A program made the translations under genes and the position numbers. Below are positions 12,969 to 26,928 of a stretch of 64,000 bases of DNA, piece by piece. The stretch lies in NCBI RefSeq assembly GCF_009914755.1, contig NC_060928.1, one strand, 5' to 3'. Within the stretch, counting starts at the first letter, position 1; each line of letters opens with the position of its first letter. The notes beneath the pieces were generated by a model, which had not been told where the DNA came from, searched no databases, and saw only the letters and a program-made list of their open reading frames with translations. Origin of the DNA: the human T2T-CHM13v2.0 reference genome, Homo sapiens.

Positions 12969-14759
12969 TTAATTGTATTTCTATATACTAGCAACGAGAA
13001 ACTGGAAAATAACATTAACAAAATGGTATCGTTTACAATAGAATAAAAAAAAAATCCAGGAATAAATCTAACAAAAGATGAGCAAGATGTCTACACTGAA
13101 AATAACAAAATATTGCTGAGAAAAAGAAATTTAAAAATAAAGTGGAAGACAGAAATAAATGCAAAGATATACTATGTTTGTGGATAGATGTTAAGATGTC
13201 CATTCTCCCCAAATTGATCTATAAATTCAACATAATCCCTATAAACATTCTAGCAGATTTTCTGAAGAAACCGAAAAGCTGATTCTAAAATTGATATGGA
13301 AATATACAAAAAATCTAAAATAGCAAAAACAATACTGAAAATTTAGAAATTTGAAGGATTTACAACTAGCTGATTCCAAGACTTATGATAAAACCACAGT
13401 AATCAAGACAGTGTGGCAGTAGCATAAGGACAATCAGACCAATGATACTGAATAGAGTCCAGAAACAGACATATACATGTTTGGGTCAACTGACTTTTGA
13501 TGACGATGCCAGGTCAATTCAATGAGAAAAAGAAAGTGTTTTAAACAAACATTGATATAATAAATAGATATTTATATACAATAAAATAAACCTCAACCCC
13601 AGTTATTATATAGAATAAAATAAACCTCAACCCCATTTCATCCTATCAAAAAGTTGGTCTGAGACAGATGATAGACCTAAACATACCACCCAGAATCATA
13701 AAGCTTCTAGAAGAAAACATAAAATAATATCTTAGTGACCTTGGGGTAGACAAAGTAAAAATTAATAAAATTCAACTTCCTCAAAATTAAGCATTTCTGC
13801 TCACCAAGAGACACCATTAAGAAAATAAATAAACCACAGAATAGGAAAAAATATTTGCAGCATGTATATAAGGATATGTATGCAGAATATACAAAGAACT
13901 CCTATACAAATCAACAGCCAAACAATCCTCTAATACAGAAATGAGTAAAAGACTTGAACAGATACTTCACAGGAAGAAAATGAATAGTCAATCAACACAT
14001 GAAAAGGTGATTAACAATATTAGTCAGTGAGGAAATGCAAACTAAACCCACAATGAAATACCACTCCACATCCAGTAGAATGGCTAGAAAAAATGGCCAA
14101 TGCCAAATCCTGCCATGTGGAGGAACTGTAACTTTCATACATTGCTGGACAGTGTGTCAAATGGTGTTATCACTCTGGAAAACTTAAGACAGTTTCTTAC
14201 TAAGTCTAAGAAACATCTCTACTATGACAACCCACTTTTAGTTGTTTACCCAAAAGAAATGAAAAGATAGATCCACACAAAGGCCTATAAAAGAATGTTT
14301 ACAGCAGCCTTATCCATCATAGCCAAAAAAATGGGAACACCTAAATGTCCACCAACAGGATGGATAAGCCAGTGGGGTTACTTTCATGCAATGCAATACC
14401 ATTCAGCAATGAAGAAGAACATAGCAAGGGTAAGTCTCAAAAATAAATGTGTTAAGCAAAGGAAAAGCCAGTTAAAAACCTAAAAGAGAAACCTATTTAA
14501 AGATAAACTGAGGATCTGCTCCATGTTTGACACTAGGTATACACATATGATTATTAAATTTAGCATCTATGACTTAATATTTTACCTCAAATATTAGTTT
14601 TGGGATGTAGGAATTGAGCAACCTGACACATTAGCAAATTTTCAAACTAGCTTGACAAGATACTCATCTGCCAGAATTTTCAGATTTTTTTTTCCAGTTA
14701 CTAAATGACAAATAGCAAAATTTCTTAGCCTGTTTTCCCACCTATAAAATGGGGCTCTG

Positions 14760-15167
<408 letters not shown>

Positions 15168-15736
15168 TTAGCTATTACTACAACGATTACACTACTGCTG
15201 CTGCTGCTATTATTACTGTGAAATAACAAAAGGCAGAATGGTTAATAAGACAATTTTTTTTGTGAAGTCTTAAAGCAATATACATTTTTTTCCTCTGACA
15301 AGATGCAGACCGATGGAGGAACAGAAGAAAACTGCTGAACCAACCCATAAATAATGCAAATAATTCAGAGAAAAGAGTATACTTGTACAATCTGTACAAG
15401 GGACTTAGCAGGGTCTTCAGTGCTGGCCCAACTAGCTGCTGATCTTCTGAATGTCACTGTGAAGGGGGAAGGACTGAAGGAGCCTTGACAGAGTAGCAGG
15501 GCAGTGGCCTAGGGTGGTGGCCAAAGGCTACTCGAGTGGTAGGGGGCTTTCTCCTTGGCCACACTGCACAGCAGACTGACCTGATGCCCTCCCACGCTGT
15601 CTTGGCTGTCAGGTTACTCCAGCAATTCTGTAAATCCCATGGCAGTCTGGAGATGAGACTCCTTAAACCACTGGTTTACTGACTGCCTTGAAAAAGACAC
15701 ATTTACAATGGGATTTGGAGCCAACAAAGGGCTTAA

Positions 15737-16166
<430 letters not shown>

Positions 16167-16482
16167 TGAGATCACCCATGAGAAAGTGCCTGGCATGAAG
16201 CCTGGCACACAGTAGGTGCTCCCCTGGTTTACCACCTAACCTCTAGGCCTTGGTTTTCTTAACTGTAAAATGGCTTTCAGTATCTTTCATTCCAACCCAA
16301 CACCACAGGGTTCATTCTGGCTTTATCCCTTTCATTTTTCTGAGTGAGAAACCTGGCTTCCAATATCCTTCCAACAATATCTACTACTAGAGTTGTTGCA
16401 AACACTAAAAAAGTAGTAGACCAAAAAAAAAGTTATGAAAAATATTATTACATTACTTCCATTTCTCCCTTGGACCCCATTC

Positions 16483-16786
16483 TTTTTTTTTTTTTTTTTT
16501 TTTTGAGATAAGGTCTCACTCTGTTGTCCAGGCTAGAGTGTAGTGTTGTGATCATAGCTCACTGCAGCCTTGAACTCCTGGGCTTAAGCGATCCTCCCAC
16601 CTCTGCCTCCTGAGAAGCTGGGACTACAGGTGCATGTCACCACACCCAGCTAATTTTTAAATTTTTTGTAGAGATGGGATCTCACTATATTGCCCGGGTT
16701 GGTCTTAAACTCCTGGCCTCAAGCAATCCTCCCACCTCGGCCTCCCAAAGTGCTGGGATTATAGGTGTGAGCCACTGTGCACGGCA
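16483..16786 (-). mobile_element. AluJ
   Basis: J-type motifs: gatcatagctcactgcagcc, cctgggcttaagcgatcctccc. Confidence 0.88.
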
Positions 16787-16799
16787 CCCCCCCACCCCA

Positions 16800-17760
16800 C
16801 TCTATTTTGACCAGTTATCTCAGTAATATCCTTTATAACAACAGCATCACACACTGCTCCTAACTAGTACTTCTCTTCAGTCTCCTTGTTTGGAACAGCT
16901 CTTCAGTCTCTCCTTGAGTTTCACGGCCTCAACACACAATAATGTGTCACTTATTCTGTAAGAGATCTCTGAATTTGAGTTTGATGTTTCCTCGCGGTTG
17001 GATTCAAGTCATGCTTCTTTGGCAGAAATCACAAAAGTGATGCTTTCTTCTTGCTGCATCCTATTAGGTTGTGTGTGATTTCCCTTTGCCCACTTGATGA
17101 AGGTGGTGACTGCTAGGCTTCCCCACTGTCAAGTTATTCTCTTCCCCTTTGTAATTAGTAAGTACCAGGGGGAGCAGTGCTTTGACACTATGTATCAATT
17201 TCAATCTTTCAATTTATTCATTTATTTATTCCTATTTAGATGGATTCATAATGTCCTATCTCATTGAATGTGTTATAATGTGCTACTGCCATTTATTTTT
17301 ATGCTTAAGTTATCTCTAATTTGGCCAGTAGACACCGCTTCAAATTGATGGCTGTGTCCTTTAGACACGTCCTAACATTCTGAGCCCTTCCTTGTTCCAG
17401 GTTTATATGTTCCCTGCTCCAGTTTAAGAATCAGCCATTTCCCTAAGAGGCCTGGCTCCCTGAAGGTGAAGTTGGTATTTAGAAGACAAGATCTGAGTGC
17501 TAACTACGCTTATTGCTATTACAGTGTCACTGTTTCCAGGCCTCCTCAGTGGCCAGAGCAAGAAAATATATGCATGCATTTTCATACACGCGTATAAATG
17601 TGTACATACGTACACATTTACAACCATAGTTACTTCTGTATTGATCTTTGGAAATTGAAAACCGTGAATTCGTGCCAATCTTTCATTTCCACCCAAGACC
17701 ACAGACAGGGCTTTTCCCCTTTCACTTCTCCTATAGTGAGAAACCTAGCTTTCAATATCC
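16800..17760 (-). mobile_element. L1MC-type 3' UTR fragment
   Basis: aatcagccatttccctaagaggcctggctcc...gtatttagaagacaagatctg resembles the antisense L1MC4 3' end. Confidence 0.6.
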
Positions 17761-17763
17761 TCC

Positions 17764-18039
17764 TTTATTTATTTAGAGACAGTGTCTCGCTCTGTTGCTC
17801 AGGCTGGAGTGCAGTGGCTCAATATCAGCTCACTGCAACCTGCACCTCCCGAGTCAAGTGATTCTGGTGCCTCAGCCTCCCACATGGCTAGGACTATAGG
17901 TCATGCTAATTTTTGTTTTAGTAGAGACGGGGTTTTGCCATATTGCCCAGGCTGGTCCCGAACTCCCGGCCTCAAGCAATCCACCCACCTTGGCCTCCTA
18001 AAGTGCTAGGATTACAGGCGTGAGCCACTACATCCAGCC
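17764..18039 (-). mobile_element. Old Alu (J/S)
   Basis: Antisense dimer with an internal deletion near the A-rich linker. Confidence 0.85.
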
Positions 18040-18840
18040 TCCTTCTGTATTTATTATTTGATCTATTCTCCTAAATGTAACCACCCGCCTCTACCACCCC
18101 TCTCCATCCCTCTCCAGCACGGATCAGTCCCTCTCCTGGCTTAGGCTATGACTGCCCATGCTAAGCCACCCTCTCCTCCCTGCCCTGGAAAACTGCTGCT
18201 CCCCACGACTGCAGACGCCCACCTTACCCCTGCCTCACTGCATGGCTTCAGGACTGACTTCTTCAGGAAGTCAAAGGGCTTCACTGACTTTTAAAATAAA
18301 GGACTCCTTTAATGTCTGTCATCCTTTGTGTCCAGAGGATGCTAATGTACAAGTTTCCAATTTAAAAGGAATTAAAGACTACAGTGCAGCAGACTTAGAC
18401 AAAGTTGAGTGCCTTTCTTTTCTTAAGTGATAAAAACAGATTCTAACTATATACAGAATGTCTACTAAAGTCCCCAGGGAAATTACAAATTAACTAGTTG
18501 AAGCCAATTTGGGGGAAAGAAAGCAATTTTTAAAAAGCCATCAGAAAGATCAGTTTATGCCCCATGATTTATTTAAACTGATTTCTCTGACTGAAGGCTG
18601 AACATTTCAGAAATGCAATCAACAGTTTCTACCTGGCCAGCATCTGCTTCCAGGTCCCTTGCTTGAAAACCCTCAGGATTTTATTTAAAATTTAAAGAGA
18701 ACATAAAGAGACAGAAGAGAGACAGATTTTTTCAGTTTTGAAACAAGAAAATATGTGGGAAGTTTTTGCAAACCTTAAATACAGCCTGCTATAATTATTA
18801 GACAAAAGTAATTGTTTCAGATTTCAGCGTGGCTCTTATA

Positions 18841-21081
18841 CAGCCGTACCTTGTTTCAGTATGCCTTGCTTTATTGCACTCTGCAGATATTGCATTTTTT
18901 GTTTGTTTTTACAAATGGAGGGTATGTGGCAACACTGCATGGAGTAAATCTATTGATGCCATGTTTCCAACAGCATGTTCTCACTTTGTGTCTCTGTCAC
19001 ATTTTGGTAATTCTCAAAATACTTCAAACTTTTTCATTATTATTATATTTCTGATCTGTGATCAGTAATCTCTGATGTGACTTTTGTAACTGTTTTGGAG
19101 TGCCACAAAGCACGTTCACATAAGACAGCGTACTTCATAAGTGTTGTGTGTGCTCTGACTGCTCCCCGGCCCAGTTGTTCCCATTTTCTCCTCTCTCTCC
19201 CTCTCCTCGGGCCGTCCTATTCCTAGAGACATAACACAGGCCAATGAATAACCCAGCAGCGGCCTCTAAGTGTTCAAGTGAAAGAAGAGTTGCGTATCAC
19301 TCACTTGAAGCCAAAAGCTAGAAATTATGAATCTTAGTTAGAAGGCAGGTCAAAAGCTGAGACAGGCTAAAAGTTAGACCTCTTGTGCCGAAGAGTTAGC
19401 CAAGTTGTGAATGCAAAGGAAAAGTTACTAAAGGAAATTAAAGTGCTACTCCAGTGAATATCCAAATGATAAGAAAGCAAAACAGCCTTATTGCCGATGG
19501 GAGAAAGTGTGAGTGGTCTGGAGAGATCAAATCAGTCACAACATTCCCTTAAGCCAAAGCCTAATTCAGCGCAAGGCCCTAACTCTCTTCGATTCTGTGA
19601 AGGCTAAGAAAGGTGAGGAAGCTGCAAAAGAAAAGTTGGAAGGCAGCAGAGGTTGGTTCATGACATTTAAAAAAAGAAGTCGATTCCATAATGTAAAAGT
19701 ACAAGGTGAATTAGCAAGTGCTGACACAGAAGCCGCAATAAGTTATCCAGAAGATCTAACTCAGATAATTGATCAAAGTGGCTATACTAAACAACAGATT
19801 TTCAATTTACATAAAACAGCCTTCTATTGGAATTGGAGGTAGATGCCATTTAGGACTTCCATAGCTACAGAGGAGAAGTCAATGGCTGACTTCAATGCTT
19901 CAAAGGATAGGGTGACTTTCTTGTTAAGGGCTAATGCAGCAGACGATTTTAAGCTGAAGCCGATGCTCATTTACCATTCCAAAAATCTTGCGCATGGTGG
20001 CACATGCCTGTAGTCCCAGCTACTCGAGAGGCTAAGGTGGGAGGACTGCTTGAGCCCAGGAGTTCAAGGCTGCAGTAAGCCATGACTGCCACTGCACTCC
20101 AGCCCGGGTGGCAGAGTGAGACCCCAACTCAAAACAAACCAAAAAACCTCACATTTCATAGGCTATAGCTGCTATAGATAGTGATTCCTCTGGCAGATCT
20201 GGGTAAAGTAAATTGAAAACCTTCTGAAAAGGTTTCACCATCTTAGACGCCATTAAGAACATTCGTGATTCATGGGAGGAGGTCAAAATATCAACTTTAA
20301 CAGGAGTTTGGAAGAAGTGGATTCCAACCTTCCTGAATAACTTTGAGGGGTTCAAGACTTCAGTGGAGGAAGTCACTGGAGATGTGGTGGAAACAGCCAG
20401 AGAACTAAGATTGGAAGTGGAGACTGAAGATGCGGCTGAGCTGCTGCAATCTCACGATCACACTTGAATGGATAGAAGCTGCTTATTATGGATGAACCAA
20501 GAAAGCGGTTTCTTGAGATGGAATCTGCTCTTGGTGAAGAGACTGTGAACATTGTTGAAATAACAAGGAAGGGCTTAGAATATTGCATAAACTTGGTTGA
20601 CAAAGCAGCAACAGGGTTTGAGAGGACTGACTCAAATTTTGAAAGAAGTTCTGCTATGGGTAAAATGCTATCAAACAGCACTGCACACAATAGAGAAATC
20701 TTTTGTGAAAGGAAGACTCAGTTGATGCAGCAAACTTCATTGTTGTCTTATTTTAAAAACTGCCACAACCACCCCAACCTTCAGCAACCCCCACCCTCAA
20801 TCAGTCAGTAGCCATCAACACTGAGGCAAGGCCCTCTACCAACAAAAAGATTACAACTCACCTAAGGCTCAGACAAACATTAGCACTTTCAGCAATAAAG
20901 TATGTTCTGATTAAGGTATGCACATGATTTTTTTTAGACATAATGTTATTGCACACTTTATAGTATAAACATAGCTTTTATATGCACTGGGAAACCAAAA
21001 TGTCTTTGTGACTTGCTTTATTGTGATATTCACTTTGTTGCTGTCTGGAACCACACCTGTGATATCTCCGAGGTACGCCTG
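18841..21081 (+). mobile_element. Tigger1 DNA transposon with both termini; degraded transposase
   Basis: Left end TA|cagccgtaccttg, right end cgaggtacgcctg. ORFs 19513..19842 ([13 protein letters not shown]...GSRGWF, CENP-B-type HTH) and 20488..20811 are Tigger1 transposase-like; stops and frameshifts present. Confidence 0.93.
19990..20147 (+). mobile_element. Alu right monomer (AluJ/FRAM-like) inside Tigger1
   Basis: gcgcatggtggcacatgcctgtagtcccagc...gagaccccaactc plus A-rich tail; no TSD seen. Confidence 0.85.
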
Positions 21082-21325
21082 TCCTTCTTTTATGCCTCCA
21101 GCAAAGGCTCTGGGTAGAAAGAAGATATTTTTGATATATAATATCATAGTACTATAATTTTAAAACTAGCTTTCAGACAAATGTGTCCACTCAGGCACAG
21201 GTACCGTGGACCCCCAAAGCAGGAGATGCTTCACACTACCTCAATGAAGCCACCTTCACCACTACTCACTCACTGAACAGATATTTACTGGGCATACACT
21301 ACATACTAGGTGACTTTCTAACCCA

Positions 21326-21520
21326 GTGCTACTCCAAGTGTGGTCCATGGAACAGAACCAGACCATGGACTGTTTGTTACTGGTCTGCTACAAGATAAGT
21401 ACAAAAATGAAGAGTAAGCATCTAGAAACATAGCATAAATGACACTGCCATTTAATCAGTGGTCTCATTTCGCTGGACAGAGTATAGACAAGCTCAGGAG
21501 TTGTCACACTACTGTGGTGA
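21326..21520 (+). mobile_element. hAT-Charlie fragment (MER119/Charlie7-like)
   Basis: cagtgctactccaagtgtggtcc...gtttgttactggtc...gagtaagcatctagaaac. Confidence 0.5.
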
Positions 21521-22869
21521 GTTACTGTGGCTGTTGTCCAGGCACATGCCATGCTGTCTAGCCTTTGTAAGACATGGAAGCAAGGGAGTGATAAAATCAC
21601 ATGTACGTTTTAGGCAGATGCCTTCTGCCTAAAGATGAGGAAAGGACAAGAAGGAGGGTGCTGAACTACATTGTGAAGGGTCACATCATTATTTCCCTCA
21701 AGGTCTTTTGTGCAAAGTAATTGGCACAGGGCAGCTAACTATGTGGCAGGAGACAAGGCTATACTTCGCTGTCTAAATGAGAACAATTCCCATCTGACTG
21801 ATATTAATTTGTATTTTAGTCAAGGCCTCTGCTGAGAAACAAGAACTAAGGTAGCAGCAAAAATCTCTTCTTACTTTACTTGGGTAACTGTGAAGTCCAC
21901 TTGGGATAGTGAAGGAGAAATCCGCATTCCTCTCCCTGGTGAGTGTGAGACCCAGTGACCACCACACCATCTTGATGACAAATCACGCATCATCAGAGGC
22001 CTACCTCCTTCTCCGTAATGTCTTGGAGCTAACTGGTCTCATCGTGTCCCAGATCTTCAGTTCAAACTCTTCCCCAAGTCTGGACTGCTTTCTATCTCTC
22101 TAATTCACACACCCAGATATTTTTCTTTTGACAGCCAACACAAACCCCATTGCTTGAGAAATCTGCTCCAATTACCCTGAGATTCAAATCTTGATTCAGC
22201 TGTGATGCTGGACAGCTAACCCAAATTTGCTGAGCCCCAATATCCTAATTTAGAAAATGAAATACTAATATTTAAAGATATGGTGGCTTTTTGAGGATTA
22301 ATGAAATAAAATAATATACTGCCTGGCACATGGTAAATGCTTAGTGGTAGATAATAGTACAAATTAACATTTATTAACTCACTGTAAGTGTTTTATCTGT
22401 ATCTTCATTTTGTTCTCACAACAGCACTACAAGTTAGGTACTATGAGTTTTCCCATTTTATAGGTAAGGAAACAAAAGCCCAGAAAAGTTAAGCAACCTG
22501 CTCAAAGTCACACAGTTTGAAAGTGGCAGAGCCAGGATTCAAACACAGGCTGTCTGGTTGCAGAGTCTGGCTCTTAGGCATTATACTATGCCACTTGATC
22601 GTACCATTTCCCCCTCTGAGCTTACTACCGATTTCACTAATTATGACATATCCTGATTAAGCTGACTAATTTTTCATGTTTAATAGCAACCCAGCCTGCT
22701 TCTAAGCTCTCTAAGCACAAAGACTTAATCTATGGCTTCTCTCAAGCTACCCTCTCAGTGCATTATATAATAGTAGCTGTTGCTGACAGATAACTTGACT
22801 GATCTGCTTACTATCTTCCACAAATGCTTCTATTTGTTGGCATTAACAATTTCACATCTGTTTCACAAA

Positions 22870-23418
22870 TGTGCAGAAAAGGGTTCATGTAGTAGGCCTG
22901 AGGCTGCTATCCTTAGAAAGGCCTGCTTGCAAGGTTAACCCTTGCCTGGCATCTGAGAAGTTGGACTTTGGCAGAGTTCATGCCATCCTAATTGATAAAA
23001 ACAGCTCGCCGTGCCTGAACTGTTTTGCAAAACATGCGGTTTGAATGCAGTTCAGTGCTGAGCACCTGCTTTCCTCCTGGGAGTCTAGAGTTTCGGTAGA
23101 TGCCAGGTGTGAGGTGCCTATGTGACCAGCCCCTAACAGAATCCTTGGGCAATGAGTTACTAATGAGCTTCCCTGGTAGACAACACTTCACGTGTTGTCA
23201 TAGGTCACATGCTGTGTGACTCCACTGGGAGAGTACTCTTAGAAGCTCATGCCTGGTTTCCTCTGGACTTTTGTCCCACATGCCTTTTCCTTTGCTGTTT
23301 TGCTTCGTATCCTTTCAGTGTGACAAATCATAGCCAGGAGCAGGACTGTATGTTGAGTCCCATGAGACCTCTTAGTGAATCCTAGAACCAGAGAGTAGTG
23401 CTGGGGACCCCTGACACA
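22870..23418 (+). mobile_element. MER68 solo LTR (ERVL)
   Basis: TG...CA bounded; starts tgtgcagaaaagggtt...ggctgctatccttagaaaggcctgcttgcaagg, ends ggggacccctgacaca. Confidence 0.8.
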
Positions 23419-23438
23419 GTAAGAATTTAAAAAATGTG

Positions 23439-23725
23439 GGCCAGACATGGTGGCTCACGCCTGTAGTCCAGCACTTTGGGAGGCAGGGGGATTGCCTGAG
23501 CCCAGGAGTTTGACAGCAGCCTGGGCAACATAGTGACATCCCACCCTTATAAAATAAAATTAAAAAATAGGCAGACATGGTAGCACATGCCTGTAATCCC
23601 AGCTACTCGGAAGGCTAAAGTGGGAGGATTGTTTGAGCCCAGGAGGTCGTGCCACTGCACTCCATCCTGGGAGACAGGGTGAGACCCTGTCTCAAAAACA
23701 AAAAAAACAAAAAAAAACAAAAAAG
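23439..23725 (+). mobile_element. AluJ
   Basis: J diagnostics (gagcccaggag in both arms); TSD aaaatgtg. Confidence 0.88.
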
Positions 23726-24261
23726 AAAATGTGTCCCCAAACAGTTATGTGATGTTATCTTCTGAAAGAACATCCTAAAACCTTTCTAAAGCTAGTCTAG
23801 AAATGGTCCAGGTTTGGATACTTGCTCACTGATGTATTCCATCTCCAAGACTGGCTGAGTTGCAGCGGGAACGACTGTGAGGACACAGCTCTTGCATTCC
23901 AGATGCTCATGTGAGCCCAGAGGGGAAACCAGGCAGGCGCCATGGGAAATACAGGAGCCTGGCCCTCCTGCTTCCTGTGGCCTTGGATGAGTCATTTACC
24001 CTGCTGGAGCGTCAGCGTCCTTACCTGCTGACAGGGCTCCTAATAGTGCCTGCATGGGACAGGTAGTGGGGTTGGAGGGAGGTGTGCACTCAGAGCATGT
24101 GGCATCGAGCAAGTCTGTCACAGGTGACCTGAGGACAGCCTTGTGGTGGCCTGCTTGTTGTGCCCTCGCTCTTCTCTCAGGAATACACTTTCAGGGACGA
24201 CAAGAAGGGGTATGGGGGTCAAAGAGATTGAGGTAAAATGGCTCAAGATGTGCCAGCCTCA

Positions 24262-24500
24262 TCGGGTTAAGAGACAAAATGGGCAAGAGCACAGATTTTG
24301 GACCAACAGCCTAGGCTCAAACCCCAGCTATGCTACCTGTGGGACTGTGGGATCTAGGGTGAGTGGCCAAGCCTCCTGAGCCTCAACTTCCTCATTTGTA
24401 AAATGAGGGAGGAAACAGTACCTGCCTCATGGGGGTTTGTTGTGGGCCAATAAAGTGGCTGGCATGCTGCCTGGCACACAGTGAGTGCCCGGTAGCGCCA
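24262..24500 (+). mobile_element. MIR
   Basis: Core ctgagcctcaacttcctcatttgtaaaatgagg...cctggcacacagtgagtgc. Confidence 0.7.
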
Positions 24501-24626
24501 GCTATGGCATTTTGCGAAGAAGTTCAAACACGGTACATTGCATAGGGTAAGTGCTCTACAAACTTTAACTGCTATTATTAGTAGTACTATTATTAATTAA
24601 GAAACACCAATGAAAGCAATACTTAC

Positions 24627-24693
24627 AATCTTTTCTTATCCACCACTCTTTTAACTCGGATGGCTCTCTGTTCTGAGTAAAGTTTACATACTC
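24627..24693 (-). CDS. STX18: Syntaxin 18 exon 5 (67 nt; [23 protein letters not shown])
   Basis: Manual translation. Acceptor ttcttctgcaacag, donor ATT|gtaagt. Separated from exon 4 by a 165-nt intron. Phase 1-2. Confidence 0.96.
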
Positions 24694-24858
24694 CTGTTGC
24701 AGAAGAAAATACCAGAAGAGAGACTGCTTAAAACAGCTTCTCAGGCAAAGCCATCATTAAATATAATGAGATACTACAGTCTTCAGCTAGCAAAGCTAAA
24801 TTCTGCATCACATCTATTGTGAAATGTTACATTTGACCTTTAAAAGAAAATGAAATAC

Positions 24859-24936
24859 TTTTCAAGTAATCTTCAATGAAATCCAAAACAGCGGTCCTGT
24901 GCTCCTTCACTTGCTGGGAATGTATCTCCTTGTGAG
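24859..24936 (-). CDS. STX18: Syntaxin 18 exon 4 (78 nt; AHKEIHSQQVKEHRTAVLDFIEDYLK)
   Basis: Manual translation. Acceptor tttttctgttacag, donor AAA|gtattt. Phase 1-1. Confidence 0.96.
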
Positions 24937-26439
24937 CTGTAACAGAAAAAGACAATGTTCAGGCCTTCGCACTCAATTATCCTAAAGAGCAATTCATCAG
25001 CTTCCTCACGACACTTTCTTTATTGAGAGTATTTTTTAAAACACAGCTATAAAACAAGTCTTGTGCCAAGTGACACTACATTTTTAAAACAGTAAGATGT
25101 ATCAGGCTTCGCAAGAGTGAAAGATTAAACCTGTAGAAAATCTATAGTCAAATAATTTATGGTTTATCAGAACACTTAAGGATAGTATTTGACGCAGCCA
25201 CTTCTTGAGTGCTGACCCCATCTGTGTTAACAGCATCCAATGCTCAAGCTGACCTTCAGCGAACATGTTTAAACAACTGAAATCACACACTCCTCCCTGC
25301 TTGAACCTGTGCTGCTTTTCAGCCTGTAGTGCCCCATCCTCTCCCCTTGGCCACTCACATTCTAAGGGTCCCTTAGACAATGAGTCAAACTTTCTGTCTC
25401 CAGGAAACCTATGACTCCTAGCCACAAAGATGCCTTTCTCCTGGGAACTACCACACAGAAGTGTGCTAAAAGGCCTTACCAGACCTAAAGTCTGTGCCAC
25501 TGGTTTTGGTAAGATAGTGACCACTGACTGAGAGACTGAGTGCCTACTGCGTGCAGGTACTCTGCTAGCACTTTACATATGTACTGCTAGTAATTACAAT
25601 AGCAATTCCGAGTTTCCTGATTTTTACACGTGAAGAAACTAAGGTTCAGAGGCAATAAATAGCCCAAGGTTAGATGGTTTCATATGTAAATGTAGGTTTT
25701 GTTAAATATTCCTGTGCATTTTTTAGGTCTCTCAATGAATGTATATGCCCTTAAGGGTAGAGGGCATGATTTCTGCCTTACTATAGGGCTGCTTAACCCA
25801 AGATTTGTGTGGGGGACTCAGGAGCTCTGTGAAATTGCATATAGAATTTTGTGTATGTACATTTTTCTGGCAAGAATGCCTATTGCTTCCATCAGAGTCT
25901 CCAAGTGGTCCATCAGCATTCTAATAAAAACCTCCCCAACAAAAGTCTGTGTTGTGAGCACAACAGCATCTGGCAGCTTTGAACTCTACTTACTATTTAA
26001 TGTACTCTGTAAATGCCTAAGCAAATTAAAAAAGAATCAAGAAAGAGGCGTGACTTGGGAAGCCATCTCATTGTCTCAGTGAGAATTAAACATCAACGAA
26101 AGTGAGATAATAAGCGCTCTTGTGCCAGACACAGTTCTAAGCATGCTGTAGGAATTTAACTTAATGCTCATAACAACCCTAGAGATACATTCCCTAATTG
26201 TCTGCATTTCATAGACAAAAAACAAGGCCCAGGGAGATTAAGTGATTTGCAGAGGGCTATATGGCTCGGACGGGTGGAGTTGGGGTGCAACCTAAGCAGC
26301 CCTGGCTCCAGAGCCTTCCTCCTAACCTTGAAGGTTTGATAGGAAAGTTTACTTGAATATTACAAGTAGAGCTTAAGTACCCCAGGCTGCTGTCAACTCC
26401 CATCCCACTAAATGCCACACAGAACAGAGGCACACATGT

Positions 26440-26492
26440 ACATACACACATACACACCCACACACATACAATTTGCCACACAGAACACACAC

Positions 26493-26531
<39 letters not shown>
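26440..26531. repeat. (CA)n microsatellite
   Basis: Nearly pure CA run at ~26486-26531, preceded by degenerate CA/TA. Confidence 0.95.
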
Positions 26532-26533
<2 letters not shown>

Positions 26534-26812
26534 TTTGTCTTCACTGCCCCTGGCCCCTAGATATATTTTTGGTTCTGTTTGGAGAGGTCCTTTCCATCTC
26601 CCTCCTCTCATTGGTTTAACTTGAATGATACAGCCTTTGCAGTACTTTTAACAGCTTTGGTTAAAACATTGATCAAGAAAGAAAAGATTTTAACGTTTTA
26701 AAACCTAAATCGAAATAAGAAGAGGGAATTTTAACTGGCCGCACCATATGCATCTTGTTTAACTACTTGCTATATTCATGGTTGCTTGTTTGCATCTTTC
26801 AGAGCACTTTAC

Positions 26813-26928
26813 CTTCTGTTCGTAGTTGCTGAATTGCTTCTGAACAGGTCCTCATGAATATCTGGGCATCCTGGTCTATCTGGTCTCGTTCTGTGTCTGT
26901 CATCCTCCCATATTCAGACATGGTATGG
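26813..26928 (-). CDS. STX18: Syntaxin 18 exon 3 (116 nt; [38 protein letters not shown])
   Basis: Contained in ORF 26799..27029(-). Acceptor tctttttttag, donor AAG|gtaaag. Phase 2-1, in frame with exons 2 and 4. Confidence 0.98.

Noticed and set aside
19300-20811. Tigger1 transposase as a domesticated (TIGD-like) gene
   Set aside because: Multiple stops and frameshifts, and the catalytic region is missing.
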